Assembly (NCBI RefSeq): GCF_006345805.1
Contig: NC_043000.1
Location: 74,214,001-74,278,000, forward strand
Direction of reading: 5' to 3'
DNA length: 64,000 bases
Source: Octopus sinensis
Lineage: Eukaryota
Below, in pieces: positions 25,001-38,271 of this stretch. Made by a program: the position numbers and the translations under genes. Under the pieces are notes generated by a model, which saw only the letters and a program-made list of their open reading frames with translations, was not told the origin of the DNA and searched no databases. The stretch's first letter is position 1. Each line of letters starts with the position of its first letter.

Positions 25001-26288
25001 TCTCTGAATTAGGTTCAGATCTTGAGCTGTCTTTGCGAGTCTTGAATTTTTCGATTTTGTGTACACGGGAATTATTTGAAGTGATCATTTTGAGTGCATG
25101 TGTATCATCATCTGATTCATCGTCGGTATGTGTCTCTACTTTATGTACAAATTTTCTTGATTTGCACATTTTTGTATAGTGTCCTTTTTTTCTTGCATTT
25201 TTCACATATCTTGTGAAATGCTGGGCACTTATTTCTTTGGTGATTGTAACCACAATAGTGACAGTTAGTGACGTAGTGTTGACTTGACGCTTGAAACTTC
25301 GCGGGCTTTCTATCACATCCGCCTTGCTCGTTTTGATGTCTGGATTGCATATGGCGAGTTATTTGAGTTTTGGTGCCTTTTCTGTCGAGATTTCGTTATC
25401 TCTTGTTTCGGATGTGGCATTCAGCATCCTTGATTGGTGTCGCGTTTGCTCTGCACTCTGACCTGCTTGAATTGTTTTTTGTAAGTCTAAATTTGGTTCT
25501 CTCAATAATCTTTCTCTTAGTATCATGTCTCTGATTCCACATATCAGAATATCTCTGGTGAGACTGTCCGTGAGGTTGCCGAATTTGCACTGTTGTGCCT
25601 TTTGGCGCAACTCTACCACATACTCATCGAATTTTTGATGTTCTGCTTGTCCACATGTGAAGAATTTGTCTCAGGAAAGTTATGTTTTACCTGGGTTCAC
25701 AATATGTATCGAATTTTTCGATTACTGTTTGAAGGTTCATTTCTTCATCGGGTGAATCGAAATCCAGAGTGGAATGGATGTCTCGGCCTTTGGAACCGAT
25801 GCAAGTTAAAAACATTGAAGTTTTTACTTTGTCTGGCTTTATGTCACTTTCTGTTGCTATCAAAAAGAGATTGAATTCTTTTTTCCATGCTGCAGCTAGA
25901 TTTTCCTGATTAAAGTCTAGGTCTTTTGGATGCGGTAAATTTTCCATTTCGTCTTTGAAGTATGATTTCAACTTCTTTTTTCTTTTTGGTTTCTGTATGA
26001 TGGGTTCTTTTAGTATTCTGACACCATGTTGTTGTTATACATATATATATATATATATATATATAATGTATACTGTATTGAGTATGAAAGGAAATAGTGT
26101 GTACTTAGTATGAAAGATTAAGAAAGTGAGAGAGACTAGATAAACGTGTTAACAATACGAGATACTTTATTAGACTGCTGCTTATACAAGGTATCTCCCG
26201 GGGCAGGAGATTTACTGATTGTCTCTGTATCAAGGGAGATAATGGGCGACGTTAATTGTTCATATTTGTTGTGATGATTACATTAACA
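22042..26288 (-). mobile_element. Ty3/Gypsy LTR retrotransposon, Mag-like, relatively young, protease deleted
   Basis: LTRs at 22042-22307 and 26027-26288 differ by about 4-5 substitutions plus TA-run length. TSD GGTAT/GATAT; PBS TGGTGTCAGAA (tRNA-Leu-like) at 26016-26026; PPT next to the left LTR. Gag with paired CCHC knuckles, RT SQDD, RNase H TDASKHGLG, and integrase with HHCC and DDE in the 409-aa ORF 22360-23589. Confidence 0.96.
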
Positions 26289-26299
26289 GATATGAAGGG

Positions 26300-28100
26300 G
26301 GAAGTGTGGCCATATAGATGACAAAAGAAGCAGAGGTAGGTGTCAAGTGGATATGGATGGAAGTGGTATGCAAATATGTAGTTCCAACAGAGACCTTCTT
26401 AGTAAATTGAGTAGAGAAAACAATGCATTCATTGGTGAGAGGTTGAATGAAGTATCTTAGTGAGTGAGTCTTTGCCTATTAGTCAAATGCTTTCTTTAGG
26501 ATGTAAACTAAGATGTTTGGGTGTGTGGCAACTGCAGTGTCCCAAATGTGAGGGTCAGCACTTGTTATAACTTTTTTAATTGGGTATTGTCCAAGATGAG
26601 AGATAGTGAGGTACAATGATGTTCCTTGATATGCACTGTGATTGTGTCTTGTGCTAATGATAGAGATAAGATTGTCATGCTTTCATGGAGGTAGTGTAGG
26701 TTTGATGCAAGATCTCTAGATCACCTGTTCATAAGGTTTTAATGCAGAAGGTTAATGAGACGTGAAGAGTAGTATTATTAATATAAAGTGAGCGTTGTTG
26801 GAAATGACAGCAAGTAGAAGATGAGTGAAGGGGACATAACTTAGAACAGAGTTGATCAAGAAAGCTCCATCAATATTAACTGATAAGAAGCTTCTAATCC
26901 CAATAATGAAAGACAGATGAAACCTGTAAGCAGGCAGCTTAGCTAGAGATTCTTGTGTGAGACATAATAGAATGCTTTGCTGATGTAAAGTGATGTTGGA
27001 AGTGAGAGTTATAGGTCTATATTTTGACTGAGTTAGAGATGTTCTGTATGGGGATGAACTACACTATAGTGAGTTTCCAAAGATTCAGATAAATCCATGT
27101 GGAGGAAAAAAAAAGGGATTTTAAAAGGATAGGTACTGTGGGTGTGTTGATGTTTGACAATAATGAAATGGACGTTGTCAGAAGCAGTAGTCACCATGGT
27201 TGAAATAATCAGTGGTTATTTTAGACTTAGTGTATATGTGTATATGATAGTGGGACTGAAGAGGAATATTGTTGAGTGTTAGAAGTAAGATAAGTAGCAA
27301 ATGTGGAAGATTTCTTTCTGGGATTGTTGCTTATAAAGCTATTTTATTTGACGAGTGGTGAGCAGGAAGATTCTGCGAAGTTGGTACAGATCCTCTTAGC
27401 AAGAGACTTGAAGCTTTTTGGGCGGTGAAAGAGTTTGCATGAAGAGGGCTTATATTACTATTTGCTGGAATTACGATGTTGGGTAAAAGACTTATAATTC
27501 ATAAAGGTGTGCCTGTTCTGTATGTGTGAACCACTTGGGATACTTAGAGTTGTAGATGTTGGTTACCTCAGGAACGTGAAGGAAATACCTATGAAGATTT
27601 TATGGGTAGCGTCAAAGTGAAGAATAATTTGCTGCAAAGAATAGTTGGCACAAAACTGATAGAGTTCTGACCAGTTAGTGAATTTATTTGCCATAGGGTT
27701 TGTGAGATGAGAATGGATATTGCACTGTTTGTGATTGTGATAGGTAGCTTTGATTAGGCATGCAGTCACATTTGAAAGATGCAGAGTTAGTGTAGTTTGT
27801 TTGGAGTGTGGGTGCTCATAGTAATAGTTGTAGAGAGTCCAGAATGGTAAAAGAATTAATCTGAAGTGCTAGGAGCATGGATGTAGAAGGAATGCAAAAT
27901 AGGAATTGTGAACATTGAAATCAGTGAGGATAACTTAAGAAAGGTGAAATGTGAGATTCCTTTATGCAGTTTAATTGATAATTGAATTGTTAGTACCAAG
28001 TTGGAAATTAGAGAAATGAGCAAGAGAGGAAGACTTTGAAACAAGACTAACTAGAAGCCTGTTGTTGATATCCAGGTTATCCAGGTGAGGGATAAGGAGA
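26300..28100 (-). mobile_element. Very degraded non-LTR retrotransposon remnant
   Basis: Minus-strand KYRPITLTSNI (RT YRPISL motif) near 26995-27025 and strong purine strand skew. Clade not assignable. Confidence 0.4.
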
Positions 28101-28865
28101 GCCAATTTTTCATATATACAGGCACCGTTTTTCAGAGTAAATGATCTACATGTACATAGATATTACCTTCAGGGGTTTTAAATAAAAAAAAGTCTTTGAA
28201 ATGCAACTCATGATATTTGCAAGGAATCCATTACATTTTTACAGATCTCCCAATTTTGTGGTTGTTGATCTGTTAGTGAATTGCTTCTTATGTATCAATT
28301 CTGTTGTAAGGATATTTTTTATATATTAATTGAAAATGTGTGGTAGATCATATTTTTGTGGTAGCCTGTTAATGAAGTTATGAATTGTGATGTTAGGCTT
28401 GGTGTTTTGATAACCAGCCGTTTTGGGAAAATGGATAAGAATATTCTTGCATGCAGTTTACAATGGCTTGCTAATTCAGTTATGGTGATGGTTGTTTAGA
28501 CTCAGTTAACTTCTCATGTGGCATGTAAGTAACCAACTAATTAAGCATTTTGGAATATTCTTGTAGTGAATCTTGCATGCATGAAGTGGATTCAATCCAC
28601 CATAGCCAAATTTAAATTAACACTACAACAGAAGTTTTTCCACAATAGAACAATGGTTTTTCTCTGACAGCAGTTTTACATTTTTCCAGATGCCTTTAGC
28701 TAGGCTGAAATAATGTCTTCACCACTTGACCCTTTCTAACCTCTTCTACTTATCCAAAAGCTAGAATGGAGATAACAAGATCACCAACTAAATCTATTGT
28801 TTTCAATGATATATCTATCCTTCTAGATAGTTATAAAAGCAAGCATACCCAAGCAAAGATCAGTT

Positions 28866-29380
28866 TGTCACAGTCGTGACGACTCAACGGAGTTAGTCAC
28901 CAGCCAGTGATGACTCAACGAGGTCTGGCTGACCAACCTTGGTCAGAGGGAGAAAGCAACTGTGAGACAACACCCTACACTTCTCCCTAGCTCTAATTCT
29001 GTTCTCTTACAACATCATTCTATCTCTCTCTCTGTATTTACTACTAAACAATGAAGAGGACACAAACACAAACTTTACTTTGCATGCTTTTGGAGTTACC
29101 ATAACATAAAACTTTCCTTAAAACTTTATGCATTGTTCATCTTTCACATCTTACAACATGCAATTATAACAACAAACTTTTTATCGTTGCATCTGCTGAC
29201 CATAACATATCATAATATTGTTTACCAAATCAATTTCTACCGTTACAATTGGTGACCCTCAAACAAGAGCATTGCAGCCTTCCTAAGAACCAACCGTTAC
29301 AAACTGGCAACCCCAATGTTGCACCATAACAAGCTACAAAAATTACACTTCATCACTTACAACTTGGTGACCCACGACTT
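28866..29380 (+). mobile_element. LTR remnant (TGTCAC...GTTACA, 28866-29247) followed by tRNA-Trp-type PBS copies
   Basis: TG...CA termini with a 5/6 inverted match, then TGGTGACCC at 29250 and two more LTR-end/PBS-like units. No internal ORF follows. Confidence 0.6.
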
Positions 29381-30320
29381 CAGCTAAAACTTAATTGTCA
29401 CACCAGCTGACTCTAACATTTCATAATAATGATTACCAATCAAAAATAATAGGCTGTTACATTCTTATTGGCAATATTTTCGTCTGTTTTTGATTTATGC
29501 TGCGCTTTCCATCATCCAGTGGTTGATAACCAGAGCTATTACCATCTATTTTTGTCTTCTGTTATATGTATTGACATCTGTTGCAACAAGTAAGGTGGAA
29601 TTAGTTTGATGTATACAAGTCCTGATTTCTCATGGATAATTTTGCGCACCCAAAATAGAATTTAAAGCTAGAATACATTTTTTTGCACCATCAACAATTG
29701 TTTAAAAAAAATGATGTTAACTATGCTTGCCAGTCTATGAATGCTGCAAAAAGACTTGGTGATTACCTTCAAATCAGTTCACATTGTTATTGCTGCATGG
29801 AATATAACTGATCATCCATTGAGGACAATTTCTAATCACAAAGAGTCAAGCAATTGACTGTTCTTAGTTGTGCATGACGGTCTGAATATATATTTTAGAT
29901 ATTATTTTTTCAATCTTTCCTTATTTTTATTTGTTTTTAGAATAATATACTGTTGTCACTGTTTAGTTGCTCAAAACATTGACCAAAAGTTGAATTGTGA
30001 GTGTATGCTTAATACACAGTTTTATCAAAATTCCATATTTCAAAGCAAATCCATTCTTCTTTCCATTAAAATAACTTTCTCTTTCACCGCGGCTGGTCAG
30101 CTTGTATTTTATGGCTACTTATTATAATGAAAGTGAAGAATGATGAAAATAATTGTATTTGTGTTGTGAATTCCTGTTTTGTGTGGTATGAAATTTTCCT
30201 CTCAGTTATTCTAGTTCAACATTAGGATGAAAGAAGTCAGTTGAACGCTGTTAGTGGCTGTGTTAAAATAATAAAAAAGATTTGATGAAAGTACCTGCCT
30301 CTGTTTATCCTGTTTATATA

Positions 30321-30901
30321 TGTAGTGGTTATAGATGCAAATGGAATGGGTATGTAAACAAATACGTAAACCGATCCATAATTGAAAAGAATTTATTTAC
30401 AGTGCTTGATTCGTTATAGGTACACTACATACAAAATGTAGGCAACTGCTACGAGTTGCTAGAAGTACAGAGTACATTCGTGGAAGCCATATTAGGAATG
30501 AATATGTTTGTGTGTGTTGATCATTTGAAACAGTAGTCGATCGTAGCACTTCGAACATTTCTCTCGGTCTCTGCCAAGACCTTCTGTAGGTGGACTATCT
30601 CATCTGTCTGCCCCGTTTTGTCTGCCTGCCTCTCTTGTTTCACCACGGTTTTATAATATTTGTGGTAGCTAGAAAGACAAACATACTGCTGCAGAGTTTG
30701 TACCTAAATAGATCAGCGCCTGTCCAGTTGAACTTCGCCTGACATGATGAGGTTGCAGGTCAAAGGGAGATGATCAATCAATTTTTGACAGGACAAAGAA
30801 AACCTTTTTTCACGCCTGTTGATCGTCGTGGTTTGGACGACCGAGAATTCTTGGATTCAGCTTCAAATCTAGGCTTGGAGAAGGAAGTGTTAATTCTTAC
30901 A
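30321..30901. mobile_element. Probable solo LTR
   Basis: TGTAG...TTACA ends with TATA on both flanks (candidate 4-bp TSD); AATAAA on the minus strand; 581 bp. Confidence 0.45.
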
Positions 30902-30904
30902 TAT

Positions 30905-32395
30905 ATAATATAATAATAATGAAATTATTGTATACAGTGCTCAGGTGCACCACAACTTGTCAAAAGTGCATATAAAGTATATGCAGTAATGTACAAATGT
31001 CTGGAAAGCAAACTGTACGAGTCACATACATACTTGCGTGTGTATGGAGGGGAGGAAATTAGGTGTAGTGTTGGCGAATCTCAGGAAGCATGGAAGTTTT
31101 GAAGGATGCAGTGCTCCGACAACTAACAACTGATACTGGCAGTTTGTTCCATGCTTCAGCAACTCTTTGCGTGAAAAAATGTTTCCGAAAGTCATGGGAG
31201 CTGTGCTGTTTTCTGAATTTGTAAACATGTCCACAGGTGTTAGACAGATGGAGTTTGAAAAGGTGCTCAGAGTTATTGTTCGTAAGATGGTTAATAATTT
31301 TATGGGTGTCTGCCAAGTCAGCTACCAGACGTCGGAGTTTCAATGTATCCATGCCCAGGGAAGTAAGGCATTCAGAATATGGCAAATGCCTGATGGAGGG
31401 TATTCTCTTGATTGCACATCGCTGAACGGCTTCCAGACGATTAATATCCCGGGCAAGATAGGGGTTCCAGACTGGTGATGCAAATTCCAGGTGAGGTCGT
31501 ACCATAGCTATATAAAGCTGCAGACAGATAGCCGGAGAGTGGCTCACAAAGGACTTGGTGAGTGATGCCAAGACACCCTCAGCCTTCTTGGCAATTTTAG
31601 CGATGTGTTTTGTCCAACGCAAACAGCTGTCAACAATAACGCCCAGGTCACGTTCACAAGAAGACTTTTTGAGATTAGTGTTGTGGAGGGAGTAAGTAGA
31701 TGCTGGGTTTTTCCTCCCATTGTCCACAGCCAGCTGAGTTGCCTGTCCATGATCTACTGCTGCATTGTGTCCAGGTCTGATGGCAATAGAGATCTATAGT
31801 GTACAGGATCTGACCTCTTTATTTCGAGGTACAGCTTGATGTCATCTGCATATTTCAGCACTGTGGCATTCTTTAAGTTGGCATCTATGTCATTAACATG
31901 TGCAACAAATAAAAGGGGGCCAAGAACAGATCCCTGTGGTACACTAGATGTCATCTCATAGGGTGAAGAGTGCTGTCCTAGAACTGTGACAACCTCTTTT
32001 CGGCCGATAAAGGACTGCAACTAGTTATAGAGATCGTCTCTTACACTCATCGCAGAGAGTTTCACCATAAGTCTTTTGTGTAGCACAGTATTAAAAGCCT
32101 TAGCAAAGTCCAGGTAAACAACATCCACCCAGGATCTGCAATCAATGATTTGGGTCCTCAAGAAACTTGATGAGTTGATTACAGCAGCTAGAGTTAGTAA
32201 TAAATCCAAATTGTGATGGCTGGATGAAGCTGTGAGACTTCCAGAAGTTCCAGAGGGTTTCTCTGACACAGGATTCCATCAGTTTCGCGATGCAGCTAGT
32301 AAGACTAATGGGGCGATAGTTGACAGACGATGTGCGGTCACCTTTTTTGAACAGAGGGATAACACTGGCAGTTTTCCACTTCTCTGGAGTTACAC
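30905..32395 (-). mobile_element. 5'-truncated CR1-group LINE (RT and C-terminus)
   Basis: VVYLDFAKAFNTV, SSVPQGSVLGPLLF, KYADDIKLY, ERDLGVIVD, VRPHLEFASPVWNP; (ATT)n tail at about 30905-30921. Confidence 0.92.
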
Positions 32396-32955
32396 AATAC
32401 TCTTTACTCTTTTACTCTTTTCAGTCATTTGACTGCGGCCATGCTGGAGCACCGCCTTTAGTGAAAGTTGGTTTAGAAGAAAGTACCCACCGTGTTTGAG
32501 AAGTAGGTATGTAACACCATTGAGACCAGGAGAGGCATAGTTACGTTTATTCTTAAGGTGTAAATTTCATAGTAGTTATAGAGTCCAGTATCAGAGGTGA
32601 TGGAGATGGAACATTTTGATCTTCGACAGTAAAGATGCCTGCATAGCTTCCAGCAAAAATTTAGTCTAACGGTTTAACTGCAGCAGTCAAGGTAACAGCT
32701 GCTGATGCATATTTTGGCCTTCATAAAAGGCAAATGAATAACTAGTGAGATACCATTATTTTGTTCTAATGTTTATAAATTTTTTCGTATGAATGTAGTT
32801 GGAGTAATAAAATAATGGATTAAGTAATGAAAGATTTTGTTTGGGCTTGTTAGATCCATCTGGCTACGGGAAAATGGATATAATGAATGAGAAATAACCA
32901 TTTTAATGTTTATATTGCTTGTTCTCATATATTTTGTAACTTTATATTTTAACAG

Positions 32956-33025
32956 AAATTTTATTCCAAAATATGGACCAATTTATTTCCGTGCTTGGCA
33001 AATGAGTAATGAAGAAGCTAAATTG
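32956..33025 (+). CDS. NCAPG2: NCAPG2 exon
   Basis: aacAG/GTTAGT boundaries; A plus NFIPKYGPIYFRAWQMSNEEAKL, containing the conserved IYFRAW motif. Confidence 0.92.
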
Positions 33026-33154
33026 GTTAGTTCATATTTAGCAATATGTTTGAGTTAATTTTAGCTATTTTGAAGAATCAAAGTATAAATTTAATTTTTG
33101 TTGTATAAAATTCAAATTGCTTTTGTCTGTAAAATCTTTTACCATTCATTATAG

Positions 33155-33238
33155 AAAATTGAAACTGGAAGCATTCAAGATATTATGTACAATGCAATTC
33201 ATGCATCTGGTATTCAATTAGTGAAAGATTTGAGAAAA
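33155..33238 (+). CDS. NCAPG2: NCAPG2 exon
   Basis: AG/GTAAGA boundaries; KIETGSIQDIMYNAIHASGIQLVKDLRK (cf. IENDCIQDFMFHGIH). Confidence 0.92.
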
Positions 33239-33787
33239 GTAAGATTTACTTCCATCTTTTATTTTAATATACATATTCATTTGCAATGAATATGTATATC
33301 GCACCATCTCTTGTATGCTTGAATTGTTGATTTCTCTAAAGTGTTTGATGTTATTTTAGTATCTACATTGAATTGTGACTTGATTTCAGCCATATGAAGG
33401 ACTCTCTTTTGCTCAAAGATATTGTTTTAATCACTAGCCGTATAAAAAGTTGTCTCAACAAGATTATTATGACAGGATTGTAACTAGCATTTAAGTATAG
33501 TCAAACATTACTAAAATATTTATTCTCGATTGTTTTTGTTTAATTAAATTGGACTGTAGTATATAGTATTAAAGAAAATATTTTGTGCTGTTACATATAA
33601 TTTCTTTGCTGAGATATTTCTTAAGTGTTCATTTACTGTTTCATGATTTGCTTTATGTAGAGTAGAAGCCTAGAAAGAACTATAACATTCCATCATTACT
33701 ATCTAACTACTTAAAATGATATGTATAAAAAATGTGACAATAAAATCATTTCTTTATAAATAATGTTTTGTTTATGTAATGTTTTAG

Positions 33788-33880
33788 ATTATAGCCTACA
33801 TACACAGGCAGAAAAAACAGAAAGGAGTTGCTGAAATGTTACACCGTCTCTATGCGCCACTTTTATGGAGGTCTTTAAAG
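33788..33880 (+). CDS. NCAPG2: NCAPG2 exon
   Basis: AG/GTAAAC boundaries; IIAYIHRQKKQKGVAEMLHRLYAPLLWRSLK (cf. GVEEMLYRLYKPILWRGLK). Confidence 0.95.
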
Positions 33881-33965
33881 GTAAACTTCTGTAAAGCTAT
33901 TATGTTTGCATTTTTGTTTTTGAGAAAAACCAGCAACTAATTTTCCTTTTTTTCTGTTTTTTCAG

Positions 33966-34091
33966 GCAGCTAATTCTGTGGTCCGTCTCAATTCATTGTT
34001 TCTCTTTATTGATGCATTTCCCATCCAGAATCCTGCTGGTGGAATACAAGAAAACAACGATCTACTTCAAAATCAGTTCAATGCTTTTGAT
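33966..34091 (+). CDS. NCAPG2: NCAPG2 exon
   Basis: ttcAG/GTGAGT boundaries; AANSVVRLNSLFLFIDAFPIQNPAGGIQENNDLLQNQFNAFD (cf. NSEVRSNAALLFVEAFPIRDP). Confidence 0.95.
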
Positions 34092-34366
34092 GTGAGTTTT
34101 GTCAAGAATAAAATGTTTATGCATTAGATTAGCAAATATGTGTTTATTGTCCATATGAGGTACTAAATTTATGAATAAATTTATAAAATTATAATTTAAT
34201 ATCTGCAGATTATGCAGTCTTCTTAAGTGAACTTACTACCGTAATTCATAATGTCATTAATCTAATGCAGTGCTTTTCAAAGTGGTTGGTATTGACTCCT
34301 GGGGGCAATGAAAAATTTTATTTGGATGCTGTGGCAAAAGAGAGTGGTTGGGTGGCAATAGATGCA

Positions 34367-34680
34367 TCTCTTTTATCTGTTACTGATTTCAGTCATTAGA
34401 CTACTGCCATGCTAGGACACTACCTTGAAGAATCTTTAGTCAAATGAATTAATCCTAATACATTTTTTGTCAAACGGTGGTGGAAGACAAACACAGACAC
34501 TAAGGCACTCACATATATATATTATACATATGACTGGCTTCTTTTAGTTCCATCTAACAATTCCACTCAGAAGGTCGGCCCAAGGCTATAGTAGAAGACA
34601 CTTGCCCAAGGTGCCATGCAGTGAGACTGAACCTGGAACCATGTGGTTGGGACGCAAGCTTTTTACTACACAGCCATATC
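34367..34680 (-). mobile_element. tRNA-derived SINE
   Basis: Minus-strand head tatggctgtgtagtaaaaagcttgcgtcccaaccacatggttccaggttcagtctcactg (A/B-box-like), with a tctttt-type tail. A related tail fragment lies at 32398-32462. Confidence 0.75.
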
Positions 34681-35104
34681 TGTCTGTACAGTCTTTTTTA
34701 GTCTTTGCCTCTTATTTAAATATTAACTTTCAGACAAATTTTAAATGTAATATTAAAGTAAACTGCTCGTTAACTACAATCAAAGCAACAACAATAAAAA
34801 TGACATCAGCAATGATAATAGGCCTTGAAATGTGAATATGTAAATAAATCATCATCATCATCGTTTAACGTCCGTTTTCCGCGCTAGCACGGGTTACCAA
34901 ATATATTCTACATATGTAAATAAATTATAACTAATAAACTAAAGTATAAGCTGACATAGACAAAATTTGTGTTTCTATGCATTCAATAAAGTGCACACTA
35001 AGTCAACTATTGATTCACTTTGGATTGTTATTCAGGAAGAATACCCTACAGTTGCTAAAAAAGTATTATCGGTTTTGTTGCAATTTTCTCTTCCATATAT
35101 ATAA

Positions 35105-35790
35105 TCATTATCATCATCATTTTTTAATGTCTGCCTTCTATGCATGCACGGGTAGGATGGTTGACAGGAGCTGGCCAGGTAGAAGTCTATCTCAAGCTAC
35201 TGTCTGTTTTGGCAAGGTTTTACAGCTGCCCTTCCTAACACCAATCACTCTGCAGAGTGGACTCAGTGCTTTGTATGTGGCACTAGCACAGGTTAGTTTT
35301 GGCATGAATGCCCTTTCAAATGCCAACCACTTTGCAGTGTGGACTGGATGCTTTTTATATGGCACCAGTACTGGCTGGGACAAGGAATTTTGAGAAGCGC
35401 AGAAACGTTTGAGGAGGAGACTTGTGTCAGATGATGAAAGGTTAGAGTGTGACAAAGAGGCAGACACAGGTATCTTACTACAACAGAGGAGGCAAGTGAC
35501 CTGGTGTTAGATGATGAAAGGTGACAGAGAAATAGGCTGAAACAGGTACATGGCTACTCACTGAGAGAGAGAAAGTGTGTGAGGGAGAGAGAGAGAGGTA
35601 CAAGAAAGAGAATTGAAGCAGGTGTGCTGATGTAAAGGAGATACTTGGTTACCTAGTCAGAGGGAAAAGCAAGAGGAGAGAGTGAGTGACAAGAATGCCA
35701 GCAGAAACAGGTGTCCTGCTACATGGCTACCCAGTCAGAGAGGGAAAAGCAAAGGAAAGAGAGAGAGAGATACACACAGAGGCAACTGGG
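35105..35790 (-). mobile_element. SINE/RTE-tail family copy
   Basis: (ATC)n tail plus the cccttcctaacaccaatcactctgcagagtg core. Similar copies at 34850-34896 (-), 42073-42330 (-), 42850-43171 (+), 54340-54545 (+) and 55000-55200 (-). Confidence 0.75.
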
Positions 35791-36240
35791 ATTATCAACT
35801 ATCAGTTAACATCAAAAATAGAAATGTAAGAGAATTTATTGTAACAAAGAAGAAATAAGGGTCTGCTTAACACAAACCCATTCAAACTTTGAAAATATAG
35901 CAATAAGGAAAAAATGACAGATACATATTTCCCACAAATAACTTCCTTCATTGGTTGACTATCTTGTAGAAGATTCTTTGGTTTGAAATGTTTCAGTTTT
36001 AATATCTCTGTATAACTTTTAGTTATAAATTTTAAGATAATTTTGTTTGCTCAAGAATATATATTTTTGATGCAATATGAAATTTTTAGTGGAATGAAGT
36101 TCACCTTTCTCCTTGCTGCCATTTTCCTCCTTTATTTTAATCTAAATTTTGATAGTAAAATAAGCATGTTTTTAAGTTTTAAACTGTCTTTTAATACTTA
36201 ATGTTTTCTCTCATTTCTGCTAATTGTGTCTTTCATATAG

Positions 36241-36420
36241 ATTTTATTAATGGATCCCTGTCCATCAATTCGAAGTCGTACTATTTTGGGAGTTTGTCAA
36301 ATCTTATCTGCTTATTGGCAAATGATACCAAAAGAAGTAACTAGAACTTACATTACAACTTTAATTGAAGACTTAGCATGGGACAATAGTTCTGCTGAAG
36401 TGCGTGAATCAGTGCTAAAG
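36241..36420 (+). CDS. NCAPG2: NCAPG2 exon (HEAT-repeat region)
   Basis: AG/GTTAGT boundaries, 60 codons: ILLMDPCPSIRSRTILGVCQILSAYWQMIP...LAWDNSSAEVRESVLK (cf. LLEDPYPMVRSTGILGVC...LAFDTSSADVRCSVFK). Confidence 0.96.
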
Positions 36421-38271
36421 GTTAGTATTGAATGTTTTTTTTCACAAGATAATGGTGTGCTACTGCTTGTATGAAAGTTTAGAGTGATTTCTTCAATAGA
36501 ATGGTCCATTGAAAATTGTGTTTGCTTATGGCCTGGTTCTCATTGCAGACTTAATTGAAGTAAAGTAAGATTAAAAGGCCTAAAGATCAAATGTCTAAAT
36601 GTCCAAATAAGTTTTTGACAACAGTATTATTATTTTTTAAACTGTTTATCTTCATGTTTAAAGATGAAAAATCTCTTTATGTATGCATCTACACTTCATT
36701 TCTATTGGTTTGACTGTCAGTCATCCCTAGGTAATAGAACCTGATTGACTATTGAATATTATCTGCTAAATCAATTAAAAGTAATAATGCTCTTATCCAT
36801 TAAGCAACTGACACATGCACATTTAATGTTACAATCATAAATTATTTATATTTGTCATTAAAGGTGGCTACGTTGAGCTGATATCAGTGCTAGTCTTACT
36901 AATTAGGTTGGCAGCAAGTGCTATTTGTACTGATACTTTAATTTTACTAAGTTTCTACTTTAGTTATCTAGCATTTATAGAAATTTCATTCCTTAGCAAT
37001 ATATAATTCCTTTTCATGCAAAACACGCACACACAAACACTTTTCCATTCACTGACCTGAGCTTTAGGGGCCCCTCAGTTTCTCCTTTATAAGCTCCTTT
37101 GAAAATACATGTTCAGTCAGTTTAATTTGGAAGAATCTCTAAAATGTAACATGACTGTTGAGAGTGACTTTGGGCTTTCTTTGATGGGCTGAATATTTGT
37201 TATGCAGGAATATATTTTGGGTGAATCATTTCTTCTGATACAGTGGTGTTATCAGAATACGAACATGACAATAACTAAAGTGCTATTTAATTGGGAAATG
37301 GGCCTTGTTTATAGAAGAGAGTAAGTGTGAATTTAGTATCACCAGTAAACACAAAAGAAGTGCAAATGGAACTCCAGAAGATTTGTAAAGTAACTAGGAT
37401 TTTAGATGTACAAAGGTGATTAACAATAAGGCAACAAAGCATTCAGATGGTTTATAGCAGATTGTTTTTGATTCCTAGCTGGTGTTAAGTGTAGGCAGGT
37501 TGTAATGAGAGGGTAGTAACTAGATAACAAAGGGCTGAAACTTGATGCCCATAAAAGCTGGAGTAAAAGTGAGAAAGCATCTGAACAATATGTTTTTGCT
37601 GGTGAGAAGTTGCATTGATGTATTATTCAAAGGATTAATACTTGTTGAATGAAAATGTGGGAGCTGCTGGCAAAGGAAGGCCCTTATAGCTGAGAAAGAT
37701 TCAGATGGAAATGGCATGGTCAAACCTCTGAGTTAGTCAACATAATGTAATAGATATGAGCATCCCTGAACTTAGTGTTGCTCTCATGTTCCCAAGTGAT
37801 TTATTGTTATTTATCCCTAGGTCAGCTCTGATGTAGTAGCTGTTACAGGCACGACCAACTTTTCTTGTTTCATATTACATTAACCAGTGTGCTTTCTTTT
37901 TGAATACAATGAGGTATGACTTGAGAGAGGCTTGCTTATTTTTTTAGCAGTTCATAGTAGAGACAAATCGAGGGAAAATGGGAAGAAACCATACAGTTGT
38001 CCAGAGAACTTTGAGAAGTTCTGCTAGCTGTAGTCTGTCTGAAGAAATAAGATGATTTTAAAGATTATACTTACCTAAAATAACTAATGGTCAAAACTTG
38101 TAGATTTTTTGTGTGTGCATGAGTATGTCAAAAGCTGGATAAAGACATATAGTATAGTTCAAAAATACTATTGATGGTTTACAGTATAAATACTAGTAGA
38201 TTTGGAATGAAGGGATTTTATTTTTGCAGATTTTGTAACTGTGAAAAGCATGATAAAAAAAATTCTTTTAA

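Noticed and set aside
34600-34680. tRNA gene
   Set aside because: It has only A/B-box-like remnants forming a SINE head, with no cloverleaf.
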